NCBI GenBank assembly: GCA_040954595.2 | Contig: CM082577.2 | Coordinates: 13,957,903-14,021,902, forward strand | DNA: 64,000 nt | Direction of reading: 5' to 3' | From: Balanoglossus misakiensis | Lineage: Eukaryota > Animalia > Hemichordata | Shown: positions 25,301 to 38,900 of the stretch, in pieces | Layout of the letters: each line of letters begins with the position of its first letter | How positions within the stretch are numbered: position 1 is the stretch's first letter | Notes under the pieces: generated by a model | Database searches by the model: none | Told to the model about the DNA's origin: nothing | What the model saw: only the letters and a program-made list of their open reading frames with translations | Translations under genes and position numbers: made by a program

Positions 25301-26757
25301 AATTGCCACGATTTGATAGAACAAAATAAAAAAAAACTTGGCGGAGAAACGATTTCTTCTTACCCTAGAAAGTCCGTCAAAATTGATTCTCGCCTGTGAA
25401 TAAAAAGAAATAAACATGACGAGTAAAGATACGGCACTTTACAGTGTCGCTCAATTAAGCAAATTTTTGCCTTCAAGTAAGGATTCTTCGACTTTAATAA
25501 ATTTTCTTGATGTTGGTTTTTCAAATTCGCATATGCTAATATATTTTGATATTTATCTCCCGTGTGTCTTTGACGTTTGCTGTACTACATTGTAAACTGC
25601 AATGCCATAGGAATAGCATATTTTTCACCTACATTCTGTGTGGAAACTCGAAAAACGACTCTTAAGTTACTTAACTTCTGACGTACGCATCCCCAGCTAC
25701 TTGTATTTGATTTGAAATGTTATTCTACTTTCAAAACAGCGCATATTTCTTCCACATCGAGGTTTATATAAAAATTTAGAACAGAGAAGAAAATATGTTA
25801 TATTACACTAACCAGTTTATGTTCACTTTCGAAGAAAACTTGATGAATAGAGTTGGTCATGACGTAAGAATTTGGATCTCTGTTAGTATAGCACAAACTG
25901 AGAAGCACGATGACAAACACGCCGAAGAGGGCGATCTCCCTCAAGACGTTCTGCATATGGAGTTCATTGAGTCGTTCCTTTCTCAGCGCTTCAAGTTTGT
26001 CACCCTTTGGCGGCAGCACGTATGCCTTCCTTTTAGCATCTGAAATCAAAGGTAACAATATGCATGTGTAATGATATTACTGATATGGAGAGAAATATTC
26101 ACTACTCAATGATACGACATAAAAAAATATTGACTGTCGTGTGAAATATCGTCACTTGGTTTTTTTCACTAACGGTTAATTGTCGGTTAGGTAGCTTGCG
26201 TAACCACAGTCAAGATATAAGCATCACATTTTGCAGTGTCTGGTTAACTTGGTTAGGAGAAGACATCACAACAACGTCTTATTTTATTTATTTTATCATT
26301 GTATTTTAAATTGACATAAGATTTAAAATGACCGATCTGGGTATTCACTAATTTCCGTCCCAACTTCCCCTTTGTAAGTAAAGATAAAACCACATGCATT
26401 GATCAGACCCTTCTCATGTATTAAGAATGACAACAAACATACGCACCGCCGCTGTTGGTAATTGGTCCTTGGAGATATTCCTCGTCGGATTTTAAACTGT
26501 TCTCCTTTACATTGGGTTTGCCGCCCTCTTCCTCATCGTCTGTGACTTTCTTCATGAAACACGAAAAGAAGATGGCAATAACGATGACCTGTAAAAATAA
26601 AAGGTGAAAATTCGGGTCGATTTATGAATGTTGACTAAGGTTTTGAACTAGTTAAAGAGCATGGCGGCCGATTTTCAAAATTTGTATGCAAGAATAATAG
26701 CTACCATTCACGAATAGAAGTCCCTTAATGGACTTCTATTGTACATCTCCGCGGCTC

Positions 26758-26846
<89 letters not shown>

Positions 26847-26880
26847 CCACCACCACCACCACCATTACTACTTCGATTAC

Positions 26881-26913
<33 letters not shown>

Positions 26914-29900
26914 CTTCAAATAACATCTGAGCAATTTGTTTGCATTTCATAGTACGCTAATGTTCATCTGATGTACAGTCATTTATTTACCTGTAAAGGT
27001 TGGGTGACCAACACCGATAGGGAGAAGGACAGGACAATTGATATCAGCCATTGTACAGATTTTTCAGCACCCCATTCCATGCTGTAAAGTATGACGAAAA
27101 ATGCCGAAGTTACAACAGTTACAGTGCATATGATCCAACCGATATAGAGACACCAGTGAGGCAAGGAGCAAGTTTTCCTCTTCTTCTTTGCTGTCTGTTT
27201 GTTTTCTTCCATGTCGTTGAAGAGCACATCGAACTTGGCAGATTCCGGCCTCGTCTTTCTTCGGCTAATCCACTTGGAGAGACTGATCGTACCAGGTCGA
27301 CTTCTTCTGAAGATTTCGACAATGATAAAGTTGACGGGAAACACTACCAGGTTGGTCATCACGCTGACGTAGAACTCGAATGACGTCAGAATAAAGGGGC
27401 CGATTGTCACCGTAAATACGCTCTTGGCGCGAACTTCGGCCCTGAACCACATGGCGCTGGCCAGCATGGAGCAGTAGAGAAGCGACAGGCAGCAGGTCAG
27501 TCGTTGCACTCGAGTGAAATGGCTCTTGCTTGGACGGGAGAGGACCGAAAACCAGAGGTGCTTCTCTGACAAATTCTTCCTCGCCGACTGGAAGAACAAC
27601 TGGTTGAAGTTGGTCAAATCTTCTCTGCCAGCCACGGGGATCACTCGGTCTATCAATCCATCGTCGTATTCCACTGCAAGCCATTTGTCACAGATAAAGT
27701 AAAATCTGAAGGGGGCAAATAAAGTTCAAGAAGTCGTAGTGACACTAAAAAGTGATGGTCAATTCTGTTTATGTATGAAATTTCATGAGGTTGCCATCTA
27801 TAATGTGTTATTAGCGTGCAATTTATCGGTATCGAGACCACGTCATGTATCAATACTAAGCGATGGTGCAAATGTTTAGTGTAAAGACGTGGAATCGGAC
27901 TATGTATTTAGATAAATGTTTGCGACATTTCTGCATGATTTACTAACAACATGGTGTGCATATGTATTTCATACACATAGAAATTGTATTGTGCAAAGTT
28001 GTGAATTGAAACGACGGGGTGTCTGTCAGAGTGTCACGTGTCTTGAATGCTGAATTACAAATGCGGGCGACGTATCTTAAAACCCTTCTTTTGCCAATTT
28101 CTATTTTATGCATAGTGTGTCCTCGGCACTCACAGAGAAAAACACCGACCAAAACACTTTTTATGACTTGATACCTCTACTATAATAAAGATAGTTGTGC
28201 GATACACAAAAGAGCTTTCATGACTCCATACTACTATGATAAAGAGAGTTGTGCGATACAGAACGTGCATCGCTGCAACCCCGTGATCTTGAAAACGTAT
28301 CACAGGAAGAGAAACGAAATTTTGCCACTTAACACAATATTACGACATCTTGATCACCATCCACGCTCATCATCAAAATGCGTCGTCTGATAATTAAACC
28401 AATAGGCAAGTAGCTGCAACAGCTTACCGTTCACCAGTCTGTACGTCAGTCATCATGATTCGTGATAGATACCAACTACCATGCTGTCCCTGACCAGAAT
28501 CATCGTGCCAAATACGCAGATATGCTAATGGCCCTAGACACTGCGGCACAGCCATCACAAAATGGTCGATGCTACCTGTTTGAAACAACTTCAGAAGAAA
28601 ATTTCTTAAATTGCCATTATGATCATGCAAGTTGTTTTTCAAAATCATTTAGTGGGGTTTAGCAAAGCACGCTGAGAGTGAATATAAAACAAAATGTTCT
28701 CAATAGACCACGTGGATCTATTTTGTTGCACTGTTTGGAGTTTTTCGGTTCTATTTGGAGAAAACAAATACTTATGTTTATGTATATATAGCATGATGGT
28801 GCATGGTACAGTGATTAAGGGAACCGCCATTAACTATGGCCTGGTGGGAAGTCCTGCAAGAATAAAAAGATATGGCTTCATCTACCAACCTTTCTTCTGT
28901 TATCATCGAGAACTCGAATTCCGGTATCTTCCTCGTCGCCAGAGAGCATAAAACTGACTTTGGACTTGGTGCCAGCTCCACGGCGCATGCCCGTGTACAC
29001 TGCGATCTCATAGAAGTATTTATCGTGAGAATTATTGTCGGCCAATGGCGTTACTCCCCACTGCAACAGAATGTTATTGAATATTTTTAAAGATTGACAA
29101 AACAATTTTTTGCCAAAAACTGTGCATGTGCTAATTTGTTATCAAATTCATTGCTCTTTCAATTACAACATTTGCAGTCATAAACGTTGTTCACATTCGC
29201 CATGCAATCCGACAATCCGACTGAAATTTACGGCGACATATGTCACTTTATTTTCGGGAATAGATTTGGTCCGCCTCCGCACTACACCGGTACCCGTGTT
29301 TGCCTCCACCGTCTTATTGCATATGAGCATATGACTGTGTCAACTAGGTTGACGTTACGCGTGCACACGCGCGAATTTAGGTCGGCCCAGATTTTACGTT
29401 GGTCCTGGATCCCCCTTCCTACCAGGACCAAGCTAAGTTGGCCCTATAGGCCGACGCAGCGTGTACTGTCCACATTGGATATTTTACACCGGCTCAGGCC
29501 CAGCATCACCTTGTACACGCCAGTGCACGGTCGGTGGATGGGCGGGTCATCTGCCTACCTTTTCTATATCTTTTCTGTCTTGGCGCCGTGCCCAGATTAA
29601 TAAAAGGAAGTAGAGACCAAGAAGGACGAAGACAGTGGAGAATACGGAAGCGTTTTGGTTGACGTTGAATTTATTGAAAACCGTTGAGAAATCGATGCTG
29701 TTTGGAGGAACGAAGAAATCCGCGGCAAAGGACGTTAAATGCGAACACAAACAATGCGTTGCCTGCGTTGTCGTCAGATCTCCCACCTGGAAAGAATCGA
29801 CAAAAGACACGTTAAATCTTGACGACCAAGAAAATTAGGAATGTGCGATCGGTAACATATTAAAAACACAGGGGTAAAAGTTAAGGACGCGAATTTGGAG

Positions 29901-32900
29901 GTAATAAAATTAAATAAATGTCATCAATTTAATTTTCACCAGTGATTTTATGTGTAGGAGTATATACGGGGGAGATAATTTCAAATTAAAATTGCGACAT
30001 ACAATGCGCAGCCGGCCCTTTGTTTCTTAAAAAACATTTCCTTGTATATAGAGATCTCTTGAAAGTATGGAAACGCTCATGGGCCTGGTAAATATTATTT
30101 TGTTCCGATATCATATGGCAAATTTTAATTTAAAATTTCGCTGTTTTTTCTTGTATATAAAATATACAGAGAGGTCTCTCTTGAAACTATAGAAACGCCA
30201 ATGGGCGTGGCATTCTGGCCTGGCTGTTAAGTAAATGGTACTTTGTTCCGACATCACTGTATTTATTACATCGCTGTTTTTCTAGAAGTCGCCATGTTAA
30301 TTCTATAATGAGAAACAAGGTCAACGGTCTCATCGATATGATGTATGCATACTTTTAAGTCTCTTACATGCACTAGACCTAGTGTGGACTTCAATTTCGA
30401 CCTGGCTTTTTATCAAATCTTTTGCCATGGTGATATTTTAGCCAATGTGACAAAAGATGATAATGTTGAATTCAGATTTCTCATCATATATGTGGAGATT
30501 TTATTTCTTATGATATGAACAGGCAAAGATCTGAACTGACAATGCGTTTACCACGAGTCCAAGAATAGTATAAGAATACTAGTACATGTACTGGTATAAG
30601 AATGCGCACTATAGATAATTGGGACAAGGGTGTTTAACCCAACTTTCACGAAAACGTCATCTTTCGTATATGTGGTGATAGTTATATAAAGAAAATTATT
30701 ATTTAATACTAAAATAATAATATACGCACCCTACATCCATCGTTAATCCACTTTTCATCGGACTCGTGCCAAAACAGACAATTGGATGAAATAACAGTGA
30801 ATGAATAATTGGTATGAGTGGCAGCCATTCCAATGACGTCATCTGAAACATTCAATGTGCTTGTTTTGAGTTTTAATAATCGTGTTTATTCTCTATAATC
30901 TTACCACAGAAGATCATATGAATGACGCTAATTACACTTAAGGGTGAGTTCATTCCAGCTGATTTTACATATGTGCCAGCTTTAAAAGGAAGCCGTCATC
31001 GCGCCGCGTGGGTGTCCCACTTGATGAGAATATGTCCTCCCATTCAATCGCAATACTAGGATCTTCATTCTAGGATCTTCAGTTGCTGTCATGCGCAGTC
31101 TTTGGTACGATTGGCTGCCTCGTTCACTCTAAGAATTATGTAATTTCAGGGATTTGTGGATGAATTGTAATGTTTATAAACAAAAAACCGCGATGCGACG
31201 ACCGCTTCCCTTTAAGTTCAGTTATTTTAGGAACATCAATTTTAGTCATACACTAGTATAACTCGCACGATATTTTATAGAAACGAAAGGGAAGTGGCGG
31301 ACGTTGCATTCTTGGGCTTCATAACTTACTGCATTTTGAATTATGGCAAAAACGAATATTAATTTTATGTAGATTGTTCTTCACTTACAATTACTGTTTT
31401 GTTGTTATTTGCTCTGTTATTTTGTCCAAAAAATAGCGCGAGTATTAATTTGAAGTATTTCTGAAATCAAAGTTACAAAACTTTCAACATCCAGTTTAAA
31501 ACTCACAAAACCAAACAATGTTCTGCAATCGGAACCGACCCCAATTGTATATTTGAAGAGCATTCATGAAACGTACCTGGCAGTTGCACGGCGATATAAT
31601 ATTGACCTCTTCGTTGTAACACAGAAGAAGGAACGTGACAGGAATATTTCAACTCATCAGTGAGATCTTCCCATAAGGCGTCGCCGCTGTCCACGCTGCG
31701 TGGCAAATCACACGAGAATTCGTGATCTGCGAGAGTTGGTGGCTCGTTGAATTTCAGATAGGCCTTCAAGGGGATTTCCGTCGTCGGGAGAATTATAAGT
31801 CGATAGCTGTTGTCAAGGCCATTCACCTCGAACACGTGACCGTACAACTCCTGTGTTCGGGGAAATTCCACAGCGACCGTCTCCCATTGGGGCAGCAAGT
31901 TTGGATCGTTGTCCAGGAAGAAGGCGACCTCCTCGTCCAAACCGGAGACAGCCAGTGTATTGCCGCTGGAATCGATGACGTTCAGACCGATGACGCCAGA
32001 TTTGATTTTACTTCTGGTGGGATCCCAGCTGTAGGGATTACCTGAGAATGACGTGGTCTGTCAGACCACGCGTTGATGGAAACAACAGAAGATTACAAAC
32101 TGGCGAACAGTGAATGTTGAGACACCGGTTTCAGGTACTGGATGAGAGCAAGATTTAAGAAAAAAAATAATTGTCAAACCATAGTTCTCATTAGAGACAT
32201 TATAGGTCCCTTCACACATCATCAGATTATTTGCGCTTTAATGTTACGATGCTGTTCTTTTCTCGAAATCTGAACTACGATATCTCTTCTGAAGAGGTTT
32301 ACTTGCTTAGCGTTCCTTGCTCTTTCTGATGATAATACCTAAAAGACCAACATTTAAAATGGGCTAACATCGCCTTTATTTAAATTTAATAGGCCTTTTT
32401 GCATTTACCGACTTAAACTGTACGTTTTGTAGTGCAGTGTGCGCAAGATCTCGTGTGAACAATTGAGATCATTCGGCCAACCCAGATCTACGTGTAACGC
32501 ATTTGAAGTTTACCTAGACATTAAAAACGAATATTGAGACTAGAAAAACAAGTTGTCTTATGATTTAATCACTTTTTAAATAAAGGTTTTGGATTGTCGA
32601 TCACATTTTTCACTAATCGTGTTCCCCGCTACAGATGCAGAGACCAAGTAAGTCATCTTGGTGTGGAATTTGTAAGACGGCTATTCTTCCCATTTGAGGA
32701 ACGCGGAACCCGTAGCCGGATCAAGTATACTATGCTCGCGTACTATTTCAGAGTGGCTTCGGTTTCGCCAATTTCTTGTCAGTGGTTGGATATTTTCCAA
32801 CAAGATGCAGTTCAATGTTATATTAGTCCATCATACGTATTTTTCTCGGTTATAAGCCCACCTGTGCACTATCTAAACAATATCACTGCATACCTCGACA

Positions 32901-35900
32901 TCCACGTAGGTGTCAGAGAGCACATCTGTGAAGAGAGCTGCCGCAGAAGGAAGTTGAAAACTACCCACAGATCCCACTAGTTCCCTCTGCTGGAAGTTTT
33001 CTGGCTCGTCCCTGTGAAGTTCCACGGTGAGGAACTCTGAGGGTAAGATGATGGACGGCTCTCCAACCACTTGAGTTGATCGCACGGTTTGACTGACGAC
33101 GTCTATGATGCTCATTCCCAAAGTGCTGATTACACGAGCCTGTAGAAAGGTTCCATTAAATTAGGTCACTAGATTTTTTTTCTGTTTTCCTTTTAAAGGG
33201 ACAGTAGCTGTATCTTTTGGCCGTATTTTCGTGTTTTTTTGCTCTATGTTTACAATTTCTTGTTCTACTCCAAAGAGTATTGCTAATGCCCAGAACTCAG
33301 CTTGTCAACATAGCCTGTGTGTAACTGACATTGTTATTCTTAACAAATGATTTCTGGTCTGGAAATGCTGAATATATACATATACATGTAGTTGTGTTAA
33401 TAATCTGGATACTGGGCAACTCATTGTCTTTCAGGGATTCGAAGAAGAAACTGCAGTAGATACACAAAACAAATATACTGAAATAGTTAAGAAAATGGAG
33501 CTTTAATCAAAGATAATTCACTTGAATTTTTGTACATGTTTATAAGAGTCATCGTATTCATTTCGAATTAAAGGGACAAGGTTTCTCGCTGCCCTTTTTC
33601 CCATTAATTATGTTTGATACAAGACAACGTTTATGTTATTCTACATGTGGATATATAGTGAATCAACGTTCAACAACACAAACCTTCCATGCCACTTGTA
33701 GACTCGAGAGTGAAAAAATCGCAAATATGAATTACCGGTGTTTACCATTAATTCATTTTTGGCGAGATTTTTACTCTCATATCCTGTAAACGGGATGGAA
33801 GTTGTGTGTGGTCGAACGTTGATTCACTATATATCCACGTGGACATTAACATAAACGGTGTCTTGTATCAAACATAATTAATGGAAAAAGGGGCAGCGAG
33901 AGAGAAAGAATTTCTCCCTTTAAGATGCCCTTGCGCCCAGAACTGGTCGATAGAAAATAGTCGTATTCACAACCGAGCACCGGCTTCACGTACCTGTGTC
34001 TGTTCGATGTAACTCAAACTATTTCAAATAAACAAAATAACTCTCCGATTTATTTTGAATATTCAAGTGAGATGGTGGAATAGCGCAGTGGGGCTTCAAA
34101 GAATATAAAATGCTTACCGCCCTCTCTGCAAAATCGACCTGTTGTTCTTTGATCAAAGCCTGCTGCGTTTCATACTCTTCTATTTCTTCGGGTGAAGGGT
34201 CATCACCATAGTAATTGGGGAACTCTGGTGGCTCAGTCGGTTCTGGTTCCACTTCTTCCTCGTCTACAACCACGGCACTCTTGATAATGTTGCCTATGCC
34301 CTCTATCAGTGCTGTAAAAGAATAACATGAACATAGCTGTGATAAGTGCTGAATTGGCAAGTTCTGGAAGCTGTATTCACTTTCTTTGAAACGACAAACA
34401 AATACGCCTTTTTCATAAAGAGGGCGCCCGTCCAAATCATGGCGTCATGCCCAACTTTGCATCCAGTGAAAGAAACTTGCGCTGTATTTGTCAACGCCTG
34501 CAAACATCGACTTGGCGGTAAGACTAATACATGTATTGATGACTTACGCACGTATTGCTTTTATTGTTCGAGTGTCTGTTCCAAATACCTTGTTTACGCC
34601 ACAGTGTTTGATGATTAAATTCGACTTGCAAAGAAAATACATCTATGACAAATATTGATTACAGTTGCGTTGATCAGAACAGACACTGACTTGGACCCAT
34701 ATTGCGTTTTTTTCAGTTAAAAACACAACTCCTGTTGAACTCCTATAGTGACTTGAAACTTGTTAGATATTCTTACATGTTGCTGTATTCAACATTTCTT
34801 CTCGGCTTTGGTCTTTAATGTCCTGTAACTGATTTGCCATGAACACCATAGCCAGCGCGGCTCGTACCTGAGTAGAAGAAACCAAAGAGTCTCATGTATA
34901 CGGGACGAATAATGGATTAGAAGTACATTGGACCACCGTGATTCAAACGACCTGACCGCCAGTCACTGACCGGCATTCTTGAACTAGGCCAGAGCAAACA
35001 AATGGCTACCAATCAGTTATATTCACCCTGCGACAAAGAAAATTCCCACACGCCTATGTGGTGGTCACATTTGTCGAGCGCATATACAAATAAGTGCACC
35101 AATGAAATTCGTGTGGTTATTAACAATGGTTTTCGGGATTTGTTTAAATATTAAACGGCGATTAAGTATTAGTGATGCCTTTGTATCGAATCGCATAATG
35201 ACTTGGGAGAAGACAGCGCAATTTACAGACAGGCTTCTACATCAATTGACTCAAAGTGCTAATTCTCTGATATGCGCCGCCATGTTGGATTTTGTCGGTT
35301 ACCCAATTTGTATATTTTCTCGCTTCTGCCAATTTTCGACCGAGACAATGATTGGTTACTCACAAGTGCATCGTCGCCCGAGGAGCCTGGGCCAGTCAGA
35401 TCAGCAAGAGCGGCAGACGACATCAACAAGGCGTCGATGGTGTTGGCCCAAAGACAAACTTCTGACAGTGACAACAATAGATGACTTCGAAGCTGAAAGT
35501 GAACGGAAACGCCACGAATTTGTCAACAGTAGCGGTTAGGTATGGTAGTATGGTAGTATGAAGTATGAAGTATGGGTCTCTAGATGGAACAACGGAAAAA
35601 GAAATGTATCAATATGTGTCAGATAAATTCGGACTGAAATTAGGTTTGTACGTACAATCCAGTATAAAGAAATAACTGCATTCTGTTGGTGAATAAATTC
35701 TGAATTTCGATGAGTTTTTTTCCGATTGCCCTCTCTACAGACCAACGCTCGGAGAATCGTTAGAAATACAAATAGTTGGCTTTCTTTTTGGGACAGCAGG
35801 GATACAAGTTACAACGCTAGCTTGATTTAATTCTTTGAGCGGCCAATTTAAAAAAAAGAAAGAAGAAAGCGCGTGTAAAAGACTGATTGGAGCAGGAAGA

Positions 35901-38900
35901 TAATACATATAGTTTAAAAAAAAACATTGCCATCCGTTACCTGGCATTCCGAAGAACAACATTGGCTATGCGGAAAACATATAAAATGTGGCTGTTTGGG
36001 CTGTTTATGTGCAATATTCAAAAGAAAAAAATATATATTTGTCAAGTTATAAAGCTATGTGTTAGTTGATATTCCTTAATTTACGGGTTAGTCAGGGCGT
36101 CTTACCACAGGACAGTGAATAATAGCTTGTTGAAATAACATTGTGCACAAGTCATTATGATTGGCTGAACCCAGCTTGATTAATGCCTTTATGAGATCAT
36201 CTTATATGCATAAATTACGAGTTGGTGTGATGCCCAGCACGGTGTCTTTTTCTTACTTGCGGCAGGCGGAGCTAGGCGATGCAAATATATTTTGTTGTAT
36301 GCGCAGTGAGCGACTATAGGTGATACGCCAAGCAACTGGTGGACAAATGGCTTCGTTACCTCTCCCTTCGAATCCTCATTGTTGTTTGACGGGTCGCCGG
36401 ACTCAGTACTATTGACATTCTATCACAGGTGGCCGCATATGAACACAAAAAACTCGTGTCATGTAATAATGGCGGCAGTCGTGTCAATGATGGTGACAGA
36501 AAATTGTGACAGACAACACGACGCATAGTGGTTGAGAAATTAAGGACAAACAACCGACATGCCGCCATGAAAAGACAGAAAAGGTGAGTGATTGAATTAT
36601 GAATTGAGATGAAGAAATATCCTGAATGAGTTGAATGTGGGGCATGGACTGAAAACCCTTTATCACCAATGACGGTTCCATCAAACATCCTAAACTATTC
36701 TTCAGGGACTCACTTAATGTTAAAGTGTATATCATAGCACTGTGCAATGGAACACAGTTCCAATATCTTTTGAAACTGGGATATCGGACGGCACTGGACC
36801 AGAAAGAAATCTTAGGACTCATTACTTTCAATATGAGTATATTAAAATGATGATGGAAGACATTAGATCAAATATACGTACCTGCTGATCGTCTGGATAA
36901 AGTGACAATAAAGCCATTATTAATTGAGTTGCTCCTTGAAAATCTCCCGCTTGCATCAATTGCTCAAGTCTACTATTTTCTCCAGTAACTAACTGTTCCA
37001 CGAGCAGGTCGCTCTCCCCTGGTGAGATCTCGATTTCTGTCACCTAGTGGCAACGAATAGGTCATTCTGTTAGCATCGATTCAAGAGAAGAAAACGTTGT
37101 CGCGCTTCGACCTTTCATCAGAACACACAAACCACAAACTTACCCGGAGTGAAAGTTCGAACACTGCATAGGCGCCGTACTTGTCGATGACGTGGACAAT
37201 GACGTCATAGGCGTAATCTAAGTCGGCCGGGCCGGCGGCAAATATGAGCGTGTTCTCGCTAGGATCGCTGCCGTAGTAAATTTGCGACAAACTGCCATCC
37301 TTGTTGCCATAGAGAATGCGGTACTTGAGATGGTCATCTGTCAGAGAGCCTTCGTTTCTTTCCACGTCGTGTCCTTCGTCCAGCCAATTTTCACAGGTGA
37401 CAAGAAACTCCGTCTGTATCGCAGTGCCTGAATTAAATACATAACATATATTTTGAACCACACAGTGTTTGAACTCATGACGGTGACAGTGGTAAAGGCA
37501 ATATAAGCATTTCATTTTTGAAGAAGGGGGGGGGGGGGTCTTAATGCTGAAATAAATGAAGCGACGCTTCGACTGGATGTTATTTTGTCGAAATGATTTA
37601 ATTTGGCGTGTTTATAGTCATTTCAAACGTAGGCCTACATCATATTAGAAATACCGATGATCATTGGTCAATTTCCTAATTTTAAGTTATTTCCACATTG
37701 GGCATTCTACAGCACCTGATAATTTTACTCGCTCTGAAAAACCAGGCGACAACTGTTAGACACAAATATTTGAAAAGCATTAAAACAAATCAACTTTCTA
37801 TCTCCCATATGTAAGCGTTCAGACAATATATAGATTTACGGGATACTGAGCTCGATAATTAACTGCAAAATGTTGATTTCAAAAAGTGAATCTCATATCT
37901 TGTATCCTTAAGAGCAAATCTCATTCAGTTGCATATATCTACTGTTATGGCGTTTAGAGAAACAGACTGAAACGTCACGTCTCCGTCACTCTCCATGTTG
38001 CAGTTCCAGAAAGCGTATCGCCCCCCCCCCCCACACACACACAAATTATTCCCCTCTCCTCGTCACAGGTAATCAGTGAATGTCACTATAATTAAATTAG
38101 AAGGCGTACCTGTTGTCGGGGATATCTGGCAAACACCGTTGTACGGAGGCAAGTTGGTGATGAACTCGATGAATGAATAGCCTGTGGCGTAACCTTGGCG
38201 ACTTCCGTATAGTCCGAGACGAAATTTACGACCGGCTTCGAGAGAGTTTGGCAGGAAGCTGATCCCAGTCTTCTGAATACCTAAATGGATCAGATGAATC
38301 AAATTGTGTATAATTGCATAAAAAATACTACAACCATTTGAAGGCCGACGATAGTCTTATGCGCATGTGCGTAATTTCGTGTGTGCAACCAATCCAAATG
38401 GTCTGTAAATGTTGCGCGTTGAAATATTGGACTACCTTCGCCTCCTACTATAATTCACGCGCACTCTATAAGTTGACTTTAGTTTTTGCCCCTTCTTTTC
38501 ACCAAATTTGACGTCTTTTCCCGATCTCCAACACATATTATGGTCGCCGCAACCTCCTTATTATTAGAACAGCACACTGCCTTATGCAATTTTCTGTATA
38601 CAATTTTGTAACCAGAGTCGTGGGTTTGGCACTGGAGCACAAGACGATCGTCGCCCTTTAAGTGTACTCACGAAGTCAGGACACTGTTAGTGCCGACACA
38701 ATATACATCTTCGGTCAGAAATGTGTCCACTGGACAAAAGTAACGGTAAACTGAAGCTTGCCCTCCAAATACATAACGTATGTTAATACATGTACTATTA
38801 AATACCCCGATCATGGTCCTTGCCCAGAGAACGCAAAAAATGTAACTTACCCGTAGAAGTCGAGTCCTGGAAGTTCGGAACAGGGTAATAGTTGCCATCA

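Noticed and set aside
26725-26952. Poly-His, poly-Asp and poly-Met ORFs
   Set aside because: Translations of an intronic microsatellite.
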